This document shows positions 1-15,085 of a DNA stretch of 64,000 nucleotides, in pieces. Positions within the stretch are counted from its first letter, which is position 1. Each line of letters begins with the position of its first letter. The stretch spans positions 139,562,001 to 139,626,000 of the forward strand of contig OZ024740.1 of the NCBI GenBank assembly GCA_964016885.1. Reading direction: 5' to 3'. The DNA comes from Eledone cirrhosa. Lineage: Eukaryota. The notes under the pieces were generated by a model. The model was not told where the DNA came from and searched no databases. It saw only the letters and a list, made by a program, of their open reading frames with translations. The translations under genes and the position numbers were made by a program.

Positions 1-689
1 TAACACAATTATTCATAGCATCTGCAATATGGCCGTTTTCCGTAGTTCTATGTGCTGTCAATGAGGAAATGCTTTTGTGCTTATTTTTACTGGATATTTT
101 TTTCTCATGTGTCACTTTGTATATTTTATAGAAACTATACACTGTTACAAGTGCTGCAACATTGCAATGGAGTGCAAGAAGCAAGTAACTCCACGTTGTC
201 AAATATACCATCGGGTTGTGCAATACCATTTCCGGTCCTGTCAACGTTACATAATGATTCACAAAGCTTGCGAATGTATATAAGGCTAGAACTACTCGGT
301 AGAGGAGAAATGATAGATGCGGCCATCTCCACTGCAAAAGATAAAGAAAGAGAGAGATTTTAATATACAACGTTAAATAAAAATCTGAGAAATTAATTAT
401 TAAATATTTTCCAAATTAATAAAATAAATGCACTGGTGAAAAAATAAAAAAGTCTAAATTCATTCATATTATTGGACACACCCATTTAACATTTTATTTG
501 TTTTAATTTCATCTTCTTTTTCAAATTAATTAAGTTTATATATATTTATTTTATATAATACGCTGAAAAAAACTTTTTCACGCCCCTCTCTCTCTCTTTC
601 TCTTTATATATAAATATGTAAATTGACAATATCTTCTTCTTCGTCCACTTATTTTTGAGAGGGCGGTGGTGGGGGGGGGGGGGGGGGAT

Positions 690-1270
690 AGTCCTTCTCA
701 AACACTCCTTCCAGCGAGTCTGTCAGAAGCAAACATCTCTAACTGATGCAGCTGGATCCCAAAGCGTGACTAGCCAAGCTCATGGATGTTAGTCCACTAT
801 CTTGCTCAGGGTCTTCCTCTGGGTCTCTTGACGGTTGGTTTTTCCTGTAAAATGTGTCCAGCGATTCTTTACTGAGACATTCTAACCAGATGCTCATAAT
901 ATCGGAGTTCTGATCTCTCAATTCGGAGAAGTAGCGGCTCTACCAGGAGTGACTCTCTGGTATCTGAGCTATGCACCTTATCGAGTAACGTTACTCCAAA
1001 GACCCTTCGGATGAATCCCATTTCTGCCGCTTTTATTTGCAATTGTATTCTTTTGGTCATTACTCAAGATTCACGATCCTCGGTAAGAGTTGGCAGGAAT
1101 ACCATGAAGACAGCGAGTTTGGCTTTTACACCTACCCCCTTCTTCTGATTGCTGAATACTGAGGCTGGCGCATTACTGCATCAGCTTTTGCAATTCTTGC
1201 ACTTAATTCAGCCTCCTGCATTCCATCACTCATTTACACGCCTCCTAGATACTTGAACTTCTCTAACTGC
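690..1270 (-). mobile_element. RTE-clade LINE 3' fragment (RT C-terminal region), degenerate
   Basis: ORF 869-1060 reads IKAAEMGFIRRVFGVTLLDKVHSSDTRESLLVEPLLLRIERSELRYYEHLVRM, typical of the RTE C-terminus. Clearly homologous to 35500-35930. Confidence 0.8.
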
Positions 1271-1469
1271 TTCAGTAGAACTCCATTCACATGTATATAC
1301 ATTTGAGGAATTTCTGTCCATCACACAATGTGTATGTGTGTGTAAAAGGAAGTAAAGGGATACACACATATATGTATCTAACTTAAAAACAGTGACACAC
1401 ACACACACATGTCCCTAATTTAAGAACACCGACAAACTCGCGCGTGCACATAAACACACTGTACTATTA

Positions 1470-2160
1470 CCACTCAAGAGCTTTGGCCCGGGCAAACATC
1501 CCCTCAATTTTGGAACTGTCTGGGTTGTCCAGAATTGATGGGAAAAGACTTGACGGTCTTACTCTGTGCTCCTGGTCAAGAGGCAGGTGCCTTACCAGGG
1601 ACGTCACAGTTAGTGACTCTTTTGCTTCTTCCCATATCCTGGATGTAGCGGTAAGGGCGAGAGCTACAGCATCCGCAGCTGAACGGAACAAACTCCTAAA
1701 ATACCGTGTTCTGTGAGCTAACTACATTATCCAGCCTGTTGCGTTCGAGACATTTGGGGGAGTCGGGCTACTGACAGTGAGGTTCATATCTTCACTGGCG
1801 GCTCGCCAAACAGAAGTAACTGGTGATGCTCGTGAGGGCACTTGGTTGTTCCAGCACCTCAGCCTCGCTATCACCCCAGGTAACGCCGCGAGCGTGCTGA
1901 CCTGCCTCAAAAATTATTAGAGAGGTTTCCTAGTGCTCCCCGCTATATCGCTATCTTTTGCTCTGGTAGCATCTCGTTTTTCCATTCTTTCCCCTGCATA
2001 TTGTTCTACGGGGTCTAAGATGTGTGTATTACGTGCTTGTGTATTTTTTCTCTTTCTTTTTTTTCCTTTGCCTTTCCTTTTTATATATTATATTTGTTAG
2101 TGTTTTCGTTCTGTAATCATTATATTAATTTTTTTATATAAATGAGTTTAAAAAAAAAAG
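1470..2160 (+). mobile_element. CRE-like non-LTR retrotransposon 3' end with restriction-like endonuclease, pseudogenised
   Basis: Translates to ELSGLSRIDGKRLDGLT..W..G....DVTVSDS...K..KY..*..QPVAFETFG...QHLSLAITPGNAASV, matching the RPDG/KY/ETxG/GNA pattern. Followed by a T-rich 3' UTR and a poly(A) near 2150. Confidence 0.75.
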
Positions 2161-2335
2161 TTAAACTGTGTTGTTAATAAATAAATAAAAAGTTGTACTT
2201 TTGCCCTCCCATTTCCAATTCACCGAACGCTATCATGACTGTATGTGTGTGTTTGTCTAAATGTATATGTGTGAATGTGTGTTTGTGTGAATGTATGTAT
2301 GTGTTTGTGTGAAAGTATGAGTATTTGTGTGAATG

Positions 2336-2650
2336 GGACGTCACAGTTAGTGACTCTTTTGCTTCTTCCCACATCCTGGATGCAACGGTAAGGGTGAAAG
2401 CTACAACATATATATTATATGTGTTTGTGTTTTCGTTCTGTAAGCATTATATTAAATTTTTATACAAATGAGTTTATAAAAAAAAGTGTTAAACTGTGTT
2501 GTTAATAAATAAATAAAACGTTATACTTGTTTTACCCTCCCGTTTCCAATTCACCGAACGCTATCATGACTCTATGTGTGTGTTTGTGTAAATGTATGTG
2601 TGAATGTGTGTTTGTGTGAAAGTATGTGTATTTATCTGAATGTATGTCCG
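2336..2650 (+). repeat. Local duplication with internal deletion (copies 1598-1668 joined to ~2089-2320)
   Basis: gggacgtcacagttagtgactcttttgc and ...ttccaattcaccgaacgctatcatgact each occur twice. Confidence 0.8.
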
Positions 2651-3753
2651 TGAGGGTGTCTTTTTATAAGTTTGTGTTTGCGTGATTATAGTTATATACT
2701 CATACATATAGATGTATGTATGTGCGCAATCATACGCGTCAGCGTGTAGAAAGTCATAATCACTCTATCTCTCTCATCACAAACTCTCTCTTTTTATATA
2801 AATAGTAGTTGAGGTGGTGGTGGTTGCGACGATATACCGGAAGTCTAGAAATTTGTAACTTTGAAAAGAAGTCAATTTTAAATCATTTACAAATACGAAA
2901 TGTAGTAGATAAATTATGTAATATTCATTCATTATTTATTCAAAGTAATCGAACTTATTTTACAAACGGGATAAAAAAAAAAATGTTTGGATGCAGTCCC
3001 GCACTCCTTTCTTTATTATAGTTTAGATTCTTCATATATATAACATATGCGCTTTTCAAACCCCTTTTTTTTTATCATTTTCCTTTGAGATCTATAACAA
3101 ATACAAGGCTAATATTTGCCATGGTGTTTATATTATCGATATGACCAGATTAAGTTTTCGTATATTTAGCCTTAAACCGTACAACATATAATTTCCTTTC
3201 TTATTTAACAGAACACAGTGTGATATGAGGGAAATTTGGCAGGTATTTCTCGCTGGTTGAGTGACTACATAGAGGCACCATTTATGTTTGATTTGTCCAG
3301 CATTCTGCAAAAACTACACAACCAAACACGTCATTTACCTTTTCCTTTTATAATCCACTTAAAAGAATATAAGTCTCATTACTATTTGTGTGTATTTGTG
3401 TGATTATGTATGAGTGTGTGTTTGTGAGGGGAAGAGAGATTGTGTGCATGTGTGAGTGATTGTGTGCGTATATAGTGTTAGTTACACATAGCCCTGGGGA
3501 GAAAATAAAACAATTTGATATTTGCATCCGAAGTTCACACACAAGTGTATATACATATATATATGCGCGTGTATATGTGTGTGTTTGATCGGGTAAGTTG
3601 GCCATTTCCTGTACAAACAACGGTGACCGATTTAACGAGACAAACACCTAATCTATCCTAAAAATTTACTCAGTTTGATCTCAAACCGACTATGTACATA
3701 CATACATATATATATATATATACATATATACATACATGTATACACTCATGCAC

Positions 3754-3790
<37 letters not shown>

Positions 3791-3881
3791 AGTGTCTATG
3801 TGTGTGTTTGTGTGTGCGTGTGTACATATATAAAATTAACATGCGGGTCAAACAAGGGACGCAAATGACTTTGAAACGACG

Positions 3882-3975
<94 letters not shown>

Positions 3976-4321
3976 CACACACACACACAGATTTATATAT
4001 ATATATATATACATGTATGACGGAGAAGGGAAGGTGAAATTGATAGACATTACTGAAGAGTACTGAATATAAATGTGTGCTAGGATAAATTGTAAAGAAT
4101 TTCACATACATATGTTTAATAAACATACGTTGAGGCTTCCAATAAATATATGGAGGTTGTGGCAGAATCACGTCACTCTCTTTTATATTCTCTCTCTGTC
4201 GTTCTTTCTCTTATGTTGTATTTTAAATGTACAATTGCTAACAAACAAACTCACACACACACCCACTCACACACAGATGCTCCCCCACATACACACACAC
4301 ACACACATATATATATTTATA

Positions 4322-4472
4322 AAGGCGGTGAATTGGCAGAGTCGTTAAGACGTCGGATAGTATGCCCTACGGTATTCGTCCCTCCTCTGAGTTCAAATCC
4401 CGCCGTGATAAACTTTGCCTTTCATCCTTTCGAGGTCGATATAAAAAGTACCAGTCCAGTACTGGGTCGATT
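4322..4472 (+). mobile_element. tRNA-derived SINE (Octopus-type)
   Basis: A-box-like ggcggtgaattggcagagtcg, B-box gagttcaaatcc, core tttgcctttcatcctttcgaggtcgat. Recurs at 15086, 30324, 40494 and 41520. Confidence 0.8.
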
Positions 4473-4639
4473 CTTCCTCTAGAAGAAATCAGATGTGTTC
4501 AGACCTGGAGTGGGTTGGGCTCCACCAGGTTTAAAAGTGCCCTAGACACGCCGTATGACGGGGCCTCTATGACTCCACAAGGAGTTATGGGATCTTTGTT
4601 CTTTATATATATATATATATATTTTTTCGATTCAAGATG

Positions 4640-5135
4640 CGCCTTGCTCTGCCTGATTAACTGAGATTAACAGCGACAAAATGAACAAGTTAATCGACAC
4701 AAACCCCCGCAGATATCCAAATATCAAAATCGAATGTTGAAAACCATTTGCATCAATTTCGTTGTCAGCAGCCTCGACGAATGAGGATAATCTCGTCCAA
4801 TTGAATGGGGCTAACCTCGTTTAATGGATTTCGTGCAGAAACGTGAAGAAAACGATATTTTTTTCTCGACAATGGTGTCAAGTGAGGAACTATGCGAAGA
4901 GCAAACGACCACGAGGAGAGCGAGGCGAACCACCACAAACAACTTCAAACGCAGAACTTCCTGATAAGAAGGTTATGCCTTCAAATTGGTGGAATTGGAT
5001 GGGTGTTATATTTTATATGGCAGAAGATACTGGAACGAAACTGTAACTATATCATTGATTAAATAAATCACTTTCTGTTTAAAGGTTGTGGCGTATGTTT
5101 GCTTAAAAACCGAAAAAACCTTTTAGCCGAACCAA
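4640..5135 (+). mobile_element. Mariner transposon relic with right terminal inverted repeat
   Basis: RGEPPQTTSNAELPDKKVMPSNWWNWMGVIFY matches the mariner KKVMLxxWWDxxGV region. Ends ...ttttagccgaaccaaTA. Confidence 0.75.
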
Positions 5136-5289
5136 TATATATATACAGGGCAGATGGGAAGAACGAAACTCCCTATTTAAAATTGTTAATAATTTTATTA
5201 ATACTTGGGCGATTTTCACAAAACATGTTTTATTTTGAATAGTATAATGATAGAAATACAGTGCAGTGTTAAAATGCAACATAGATATC

Positions 5290-5890
5290 AGTGTTGCCCA
5301 ATGGAGACCAGACTCTGGAGAGCAACCGCAGATGTGGTCTGGTTGTTGGAGTCATGCACACTCTAGTGAAGCCCCCTTTGGCGTCACTGCTCTATCTCTC
5401 GGAAGACGAAGCTCCGTATCTACAACACGTCGGTCCTCTCCGTTCTCTTGTATGGAGCAGACACGTAGACCCTCTAAACAAACCTGACAAAGAGGATCGA
5501 CGGATTCGCTAGCATAGTTCTGAGGAGCATTGAGAACATCAGATGGTGTCACCACGTTTCCAAACTGGAACTGCATGTGCGCATGAAGGGTCCCATCTCA
5601 CAGTCATCCATCGCATGCGCTGGTACGGACATGTCCTCCGACTGCCACCAGATCATCCTACCAGGGCCTTACTCCTGTTCGACGCAGCAGCTCAGGCTGG
5701 AAGAGGCCCCTCGACAGGCTCCGCATCAGATAGCGGGATGTCATCAAGGAAGATCTCAAAAAGCTCGACGTCACCTTCGAGGGTTCAGAAGGGCTGGCAC
5801 GGGATCGCAAGTGATGGCTTTACACATGATGATGCCTCTGGGATCATTGACCTAAGATGACCCCAGTCCCATCGAGCAAGAGCAAGATGA
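5290..5890 (+). mobile_element. RTE-like LINE 3' fragment, frameshifted
   Basis: Contains ISRKTKLRIYNTSVLSVLLYGADT, RMRWYGHVLRLPPDHPTRALL and RDVIKEDLKKL. Confidence 0.75.
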
Positions 5891-6099
5891 AGAAGAATAA
5901 ATATACTGCATAGAGAACACAATACGGTGAATGTCACCGTTTCAATGACATTTGAAAATAGTGTCACTAAAATTTATGACATTAGTTTCCAACAGGAAGA
6001 AAACTATTAGGAGCAAGTGGCTAAAACTAGGGCCACATTGTGCATAAAGCTCTCTACACGAGAGGAGGATATATATATATATATATATATATACCATGC

Positions 6100-6290
6100 T
6101 TAATGGCTTCTACATGTTTACGGTAAATTGCTTCTATAGTACTAGAACTGTTTCATTCAAAAGAAATCATGAAATAGTTCTATTCCTGTAGACCACATTT
6201 ATATATTAAATATGATGTTTACACTCTACTATAATAATGTATTGAGTACCCTACTTACTCTGGCTAGCCCTAATTGAACCCGAGTCTCAC
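6100..6290 (+). mobile_element. (TA)n-inserted small element family F2, degenerate hammerhead fold-back
   Basis: Homologous to 19940-20060, 21165-21250, 24804-24985, 52011-52186 and 55910-55995. Confidence 0.65.
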
Positions 6291-6307
6291 ACACACACAT
6301 GCGCGCG

Positions 6308-6381
<74 letters not shown>

Positions 6382-7244
6382 AGCCTTATGAATAATCGAA
6401 GCGCGGGGATTTTTTCAAATTTGAAGGTCCCAGACACAGAAAATAACTGTAATAACACTCGGTCACCAGAAATATAGTTGAGAAAATTGTGTAAATTATG
6501 CTTTCGGGCGGAGCAAAAAGGACACAGAGACACCGTTCTGTCCCCTTTTTTTGCGGCTCTAAGGGTTATATAGACAATTTTTCCAATTATCCTTCATAGT
6601 GACCGACTGTTATTACAGATATTTTTGCGTTTGTGATTCTTAATATTAGGATTATTAACTAAAGAATAACAAGAAAAGTTTTCTGATGAATGTTCTCGAT
6701 AACCATTGGTAGTAGAGTTGTATTTATTATATATGAGGATTGAATAGCACATCGAGTTTCGTCTCTCGAGGCTTATTCAAATATTCTGTTGAAACAACCC
6801 TCTCGAGGTGTAATCTGATGTACCAGCCAACTCCTATATGTGTGTGTTCGTGTGTATGAGTATGTGTGTGTTTATGTGTATGAGTATTTGTGTGTGTGTG
6901 TGTGTGTGTGTGTGTATGCATGTATACACAATTATTACACATATTTGTGTGTATGTGCGTGCGTATGTATGCATATATAGACAAATCTGACATATATTTG
7001 AGTGTATATAAATAAATATATATATATATATATATGTGCATGTGTGTGTGTGTGTTTGAGAGAGAGAGAGAGAGAGTATATGTGTGTGTGTGTAATATGT
7101 GTGTGTGTGTGTATATATATATACACAGTTATTACACATGTGTGTGTATGTGCGTGTGTATGTATGCATATATACACAAATCATACATATAATTGAGTAT
7201 ATAAATATATATATATGTGTGCATTTGTGTGTGTGTGAGAGAGA

Positions 7245-7331
<87 letters not shown>

Positions 7332-7693
7332 TATCTCTCTGCCTGTGTAGTTGCAGAGATGTTTACGTTTTTAAACCAAGTGCTACGCGCTACATACATT
7401 GTAAAGCTATAGGACCCTGCGATCTACTCGTGTCAAAGTCAAATTACGATTAATAGGTCAGACCAGAAACATCACGAGTACTTTGTAATTTCAAACATCA
7501 ATGCATGATGCTACAAGTATATTAAACTTGGTGGCACTGATGTATAAAGAGCCATGGAACACGTATAATAAAGATTACGTTGAGGCGTGGTTCGAGCAGC
7601 GATGTCGGTGAAGTTGTACCGAGTCCTACCGGTCCATAACATGTTCCTGTATACTTTATTATCTCTTAAATGAATACTAGTTGTTATAACTGT

Positions 7694-7782
<89 letters not shown>

Positions 7783-8059
7783 CCGCGCAGTGGAACTTAA
7801 CCCAAACCCAAGTGCTAGCGAAGCGAACTCTTTAACCATACAGCTATAACTGCATTCGTTAAATTGATGATTTTTTTTATTTTACTGGTTTACTGTTATG
7901 TTAGAGAGGAAGAACTGTGTACATAACCATTTTCTGTACCTCTGGGAGTGAAGGGCAGAGGTCATTCAAATTGGAGACCTAGCCCAGGCCCTTTCAACAG
8001 AGTAGTCTCCACTGAAAGCGGAAGAATAAACTGATAGTGAGAAACAAGGCAACGGATCA

Positions 8060-8152
8060 AATCTACCACCCAAGTAGGTCACAGCAGCATTCGAACTCAG
8101 AACGCAAAGAGCTGTCATAAATACCACAAGGCATCTCGTCCGACGCTCTACC
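8060..8152 (-). mobile_element. SINE head fragment
   Basis: Reverse complement is ggtagagcgtcggacgagatgccttgtggtattt...ctgagttcgaatgc. Confidence 0.6.
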
Positions 8153-8871
8153 AATAATAATATGTATGATATTGTTTATATATAAACTTATCAAAGAACA
8201 ACAAAAAAAATGAAACAATATCTCTTTCAAACCATCTAGATAGCCTCTGCATGAACGCTTGACCTGCTAGCAATAGCATGCAAATGGTGATCATATAATA
8301 ACCTACCACATATCAAAATATAACGTTCTAGCCACACAGCCATGCCCTGACATCCGCACATATAGTCACGTACGTCTACATATGAGTATACTCATATATA
8401 AATTGTTCTTCGCTGTAAATATACACATACCCTTTCTTACCACCCCCTCCTTCTCTTTCTCACTCCTCCTACTTTCACTCACCCGTTTCCACTCTCTTTC
8501 TTTCTTTTTATCCTTCTCTGGGTCCACACCAATGTCTGCTATGTAATGTATGAACGTGAGTGAACGCTTCTGTTTGTGAGATTGCAGCAATATTTTTCTA
8601 AACAGAACTATAAACTCTATGAGAGACCAGCCCCGCCCCTTAACCTTCTTAGTGGAAATCAGACAACAATCGGCACACGCTGCTCGAAATTTAGAATTTG
8701 ATGCTGATGCAGGGTAAATTTTTACATATTTTCACTGTTGTATTTTTAGTCAACCGGATAGATAAATAATAATGTAACACGATCACCCTTCTCTACTTTC
8801 ATATTGCTCAATTTATGTGGTGACTGTCAGTCAGTATGTCTGTATGTCTCACACACACACACACGCACACA

Positions 8872-8929
<58 letters not shown>

Positions 8930-9096
8930 CTAAATGGCTACCCGGCGTTAATTTAAACAAATTATGGCCTTTTACTTAATTCACAGACTCTAGCGTAGTG
9001 TACAGAGACACTGGGTTGGAATGTACAGACAGACGTACGGACGGACGGACGGGTGGACAGACAGACAGACAGACAGATAGATAGATAAATAGATAC

Positions 9097-9540
9097 ATTT
9101 CTTTATTAGCCACAAGGGCACAAAAGAAGGGGACAAATACAAATGGGGAGTTTACATACAGGTATATGAAAATAAAACTATTAATAAAATAACAAATAAC
9201 AATTGAAATCCCCAATAGGGGGGAGGTGTTACACAGGGGTTGTACACACCCCGAAAAAATGTACAACCCTCATCTCCAGGAGCACCAAGAGTGAGTACTC
9301 CCTTCCTCTCTTCCTCTTTTTCCTCAACCTACAGGCTTTGCCACATTCACCCACCTTTTATAAAATTTGCTGGGGTACAGCATCCCTCTCCATCCTGATT
9401 CTTCTTCCAAAATGATATTTGAAAAAACGAATCAGTTGCTCGCCAGAGAGAAAGGTGTCTGACCTCAGCCCTTTTAACCTCGTCCACCATATAACCTCTT
9501 TCACCATAGCCATAATACATAGGAAAACCACCTCTCCAGA
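9097..9540 (-). mobile_element. Short 5'-truncated Tx1-clade LINE copy inserted in (GATA)n
   Basis: EVVFLCIMAMVKEVIWWTRLKGLRSDTFLSGEQLIRFFKYHFGRRIRMER is homologous to the C-terminus of the 36402-38224 ORF. (GATA)n lies on both sides. Confidence 0.85.
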
Positions 9541-9570
9541 TAAATAGATAGATAGATAGATAGATAGATG

Positions 9571-9603
<33 letters not shown>

Positions 9604-10457
9604 GCAAATAGCTAGACAAATAAACAGATAGAGAGATAGATTCATTCAGAGTCTTCTCTTTTATTTGACCACACAAACACCAACATATGGAAACAAGTCT
9701 TCGTGTGTATAAAAGAAATTAAATGTACACATAATTAAACGTCATGAAGAAACTCATTGGTATTTCTTTAAATATTCACGAAATGATATAACTAAAATTG
9801 TTTATTCCTTCTTCGAAGACATAAAACTCTGGTTGAGAAGCCTTATCCATATTGGTGAAATATCGCTTATGTTGTTAGAAATTGAATATAGAACGTGGCA
9901 GATTTGTTTGAATTTATTTGGGAACTGTTTCATAAATATATCTGCTGATGTATTTACTGCAACTAAAATTACGAAACTTGCAGATATATCTATCTATGCC
10001 TGTTGCTGTGTATGACTCCCGTACAAAGCACTTTGAAAAATCGTCTACCACCAAGTGTTAATTTTTTTATTTTTACATTTATAAACTTCAATAATAAATA
10101 TAACATCGTATCATAATAGTAAAAGGACAGACAATTAGCCGTTCAGAGTGCACACATTTAGTTCATGGCAGATACAGCGGCTGTGTTTTGGTAGAGAGAA
10201 TGGTAAAATTCTCAACTCCTGGACGATAACTTTTCTACTCTTTTATTACTCTTTAACCTGTTCCAGCCATCCGGCTGAGGCCATGCAACATATCTTCACA
10301 AATGCAGCTATTAGATCCTCGGTGTTCAGAAAATCACGTAATATATGCAGACAGTTATGTAACCGGGCTGTTACATTCATCAGCAGGTCTTGCGAAGTCA
10401 TAAGATAGGTCTACAGAGTGTGTGATAGCTGTTACCACTGGACAAGGAATCCAGTAG

Positions 10458-10497
<40 letters not shown>

Positions 10498-10513
10498 CAA
10501 TATGTTGAAAATA

Positions 10514-10577
<64 letters not shown>

Positions 10578-10583
<6 letters not shown>

Positions 10584-10848
10584 ACAATATGTTGAAAAGG
10601 TAACACACTAGAGAGAGATAGTGCGCCATCAATAAAACAGGGAAAAACCACCAGTGTATGGAATATATCACCTATGAAAGGCAAGGTAGACACACAATAA
10701 TTAAAAATATAAATCAAAATGTATATACGCACCTCTATAACTATATAGTTACATAGTTATAGATTCCATACACTGGTGGCTTTTCCCTGTTTTATTGATG
10801 GCGCACTATCTCTCTCTAGTGTGTTACCTTTTCAACATATTGTATTTT
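10578..10848. repeat. ~88-bp inverted repeat with ~90-bp spacer, next to (TA)n
   Basis: aatacaatatgttgaaaaggtaacacactagagagagatagtgcgccatc... pairs with ...gatggcgcactatctctctctagtgtgttaccttttcaacatattgtatt. Confidence 0.85.
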
Positions 10849-10928
10849 AAAAAGCTCAGGATTCATTTTCCTTTGAGCACATTATTGACAGGGAATAGCG
10901 AGAGTCTATGGCTCCATTAATTTATCGT

Positions 10929-11043
<115 letters not shown>

Positions 11044-11539
11044 ATACTTGGGGAGGGTCATATTTGTGTAATATTGCCAGAATTAATATATATATATCAC
11101 GATAAATTAACGGACCCATAGACTATATATATATATAAGTACTGGGGCCGGACTAGATTAGCTAAACGCTTGAGAGGCCGATTCTTCATCATGGCCAAAA
11201 CCCAATTAATAAAACTAGTAAAAAATATAAAATAAAATATCAGAGCACGCATATTCTTGTATGTTATGTATCCAAGTGTGAATGTATGCATGCATTCACA
11301 CGAACAACAAGGAATGGACCGGTAAAGACTTCACGACACCCCATGTTCTGGGTCGAGGAAAAAGTGAAATGAAGTGAAATGATACGTGTGACTGTATATA
11401 AATATATGTGAGAATGGTGTTAATATCAGCAACATTAAAGTGGTCAGAACATGTAAAACTGAACATAAAGATAAAAATCAATGATCGTAGCATCATCGTA
11501 TTCCCCATCACCACCATCTTTATAAACAGGATCAGCAGC

Positions 11540-12363
11540 ATCATTATCTTCAACATTACACCAACACCATCATCTCCACTACCACCACCACCACTATTAT
11601 AATCATCATCATCATCATCATCACCATCATCTTCAATATCACACCAACATCATCATCTCCACCACCACCACCACCACCACTATTATAATCATCATCATCT
11701 TCAACATCATCATCTCCACCACCACTATTATAAACATGATGATGATCATCATCATCTTCAACATCACACCAACATAATTTCCACCACCACCACTACCACC
11801 ACCACCACCACCACTATTATAACCATGATCATCATCACCATCATCACCACCACCACCACCACCACTATTATAACCATGATCATCATCACCATCACCACCA
11901 CCACCACCACTATTATAACCATGATCATCATCACCATCATCATCACCACCACTACCACCACCATCACCACTATTATAATCATGATCATCATCACCATCAT
12001 CACCACCACCACCACCACCACCACCACCACCACCACCACCACCACCACCACCACCACCACCACCACCACCACCACCATTATAATCATGATCATGATCATC
12101 ACCATCATAACCCCCACCACTACCACCACCACCACTATTATAATCATGATCATCATCACCATCATAACCACCACCACTACCACCACCACCACCACTATTA
12201 TAATCATGATCATCATCACCATCACCACCACCACCACCACCACCACCACCACCACCACCACCACCACCACTATTATAATCATGATCATCATCATCACCAT
12301 CATAACCACCATCACTACCACCACCACCACCACTATTATAACCTTGGTCATCATCAACATCAC
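11540..12363. repeat. Complex (ACC/ATC)n repeat with higher-order unit accactattataatcatgatcatc
   Basis: Direct inspection of the sequence. Confidence 0.9.
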
Positions 12364-14510
12364 CATCATCTACACTACATCATCTACAATACATCATCTA
12401 CAATACATCATCTACACTACATCATCTACACTACATCATCTACACTACATCATCTACAATACATCATCTACAATACATCATCTACAATACATCATCTACA
12501 ATACATCATCTACAATACATCATCTACACTACATCATCTACACTACATCATCTACACTACATCATCTACACTACATCATCTACAATACATCATCTACAAT
12601 ACATCATCTACACTACATCATCTACAATACATCATCTACACTACATCATCTACAATACATCATCTACACTACATCATCTACACTACATCATCTACAATAC
12701 ATCATCTACAATACATCATCTACAATACATCATCTACAATACATCATCTACAATACATCATCTACAATACATCATCTACACTACATCATCTACAATACAT
12801 CATCTACAATACATCATCTACAATACATCATCTACACTACATCATCTACAATACATCATCTACACTACATCATCTACAATACATCATCTACAATACATCA
12901 TCTACAATACATCATCTACAATACATCATCTACAATACATCATCTACACTACATCATCTACACTACATCATCTACACTACATCATCTACACTACATCATC
13001 TACAATACATCATCTACAATACATCATCTACAATACATCATCTACAATACATCATCTACAATACATCATCTACACTACATCATCTACAATACATCATCTA
13101 CACTACATCATCTACACTACATCATCTACACTACATCATCTACACTACATCATCTACACTACATCATCTACACTACATCATCTACACTACATCATCTACA
13201 ATACATCATCTACACTACATCATCTACACTACATCATCTACACTACATCATCTACAATACATCATCTACAATACATCATCTACAATACATCATCTACACT
13301 ACATCATCTACAATACATCATCTACAATACATCATCTACAATACATCATCTACAATACATCATCTACAATACATCATCTACACTACATCATCTACAATAC
13401 ATCATCTACAATACATCATCTACAATACATCATCTACAATACATCATCTACACTACATCATCTACAATACATCATCTACAGTACATCATCTACAATACAT
13501 CATCTACAATACATCATCTACAATACATCATCTACAATACATCATCTACACTACATCATCTACAATACATCATCTACAATACATCATCTACACTACATCA
13601 TCTACACTACATCATCTACACTACATCATCTACAATACATCATCTACAATACATCATCTACACTACATCATCTACACTACATCATCTACAATACATCATC
13701 TACACTACATCATCTACACTACATCATCTACAATACATCATCTACAATACATCATCTACAATACATCATCTACACTACATCATCTACAATACATCATCTA
13801 CAATACATCATCTACACTACATCATCTACACTACATCATCTACACTACATCATCTACAATACATCATCTACAATACATCATCTACACTACATCATCTACA
13901 CTACATCATCTACAATACATCATCTACACTACATCATCTACAATACATCATCTACAATACATCATCTACAATACATCATCTACAATACATCATCTACAAT
14001 ACATCATCTACACTACATCATCTACAATACATCATCTACAATACATCATCTACACTACATCATCTACAATACATCATCTACACTACATCATCTACAATAC
14101 ATCATCTACAATACATCATCTACAATACATCATCTACAATACATCATCTACAATACATCATCTACAATACATCATCTACACTACATCATCTACACTACAT
14201 CATCTACACTACATCATCTACACTACATCATCTACACTACATCATCTACAATACATCATCTACACTACATCATCTACACTACATCATCTACAATACATTA
14301 TCTACAATACATCATCTACAATACATCATCTACAATACATCATCTACACTACATCATCTACACTACATCATCTACAATACATCATCTACACTACATCATC
14401 TACAATACATCATCTACAATACATCATCTACACTACATCATCTACAATACATTATCTACAATACATCATCTACAATACATCATCTACAATACATCATCTA
14501 CAATACATCA
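12364..14510. repeat. 14-bp minisatellite CATCATCTACA[A/C]TA, ~150 copies
   Basis: Strict 14-bp period with two interspersed variants. Confidence 0.95.
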
Positions 14511-14645
14511 TCACCATCATTTTGATCATCATCATCAACCACACCTTCACCATTTTCACCCACATCATCACCATCATTATCATCATCGCTCCTCATTTTT
14601 TTCCTTATTCATTCAATGACTCATGTCTTGTTATATATTGAATTG

Positions 14646-14736
<91 letters not shown>

Positions 14737-14772
14737 CTCGCTCTCTCTGTCTCTCTCCCTCTCTCCCTCACC

Positions 14773-14824
<52 letters not shown>

Positions 14825-15070
14825 CTCGCTCTCTCTGTCTCTCTCCCTCTCTCCCTCACCCTCTCTCTCTCTCTCTCTCGCCCTCTCTCTCTCTCTCTAT
14901 CGCTCGCTCTCTCTGTCTCTCTCGCTCTCTCTGTCTCTTTCGCTCTCTCTGTCTCTCTCCCTCTCTCCCTCACCCTCTCTCTCGCCCTCTCTCTCTCTCT
15001 ATCGCTCGCTCTCTCTGTCTCTCTCGCTCTCTCTGTCTCTCTCTCTCCATCTCTCCCTCACCCTCTCTCT
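14646..15070. repeat. Compound (CT)n/(TA)n repeat with higher-order unit atcgctcgctctctctgtc...ccctcaccc
   Basis: The unit recurs about four times. Confidence 0.85.
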
Positions 15071-15085
15071 GTGTGTGTGTCTACA

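Noticed and set aside
3690-4171. YI/CV/HT-repeat ORFs here and throughout the window
   Set aside because: Dinucleotide microsatellite translations.
4322-4410. tRNA gene
   Set aside because: A/B boxes belong to a SINE head; no cloverleaf.
10345-10390. Minus-strand CTGATGA + 7-bp hairpin
   Set aside because: The GAAA core is missing and stem I is not restorable; degenerate.
11825-14641. 938-aa ORF
   Set aside because: Translation of a trinucleotide tract plus a stop-free 14-bp minisatellite; no protein features.
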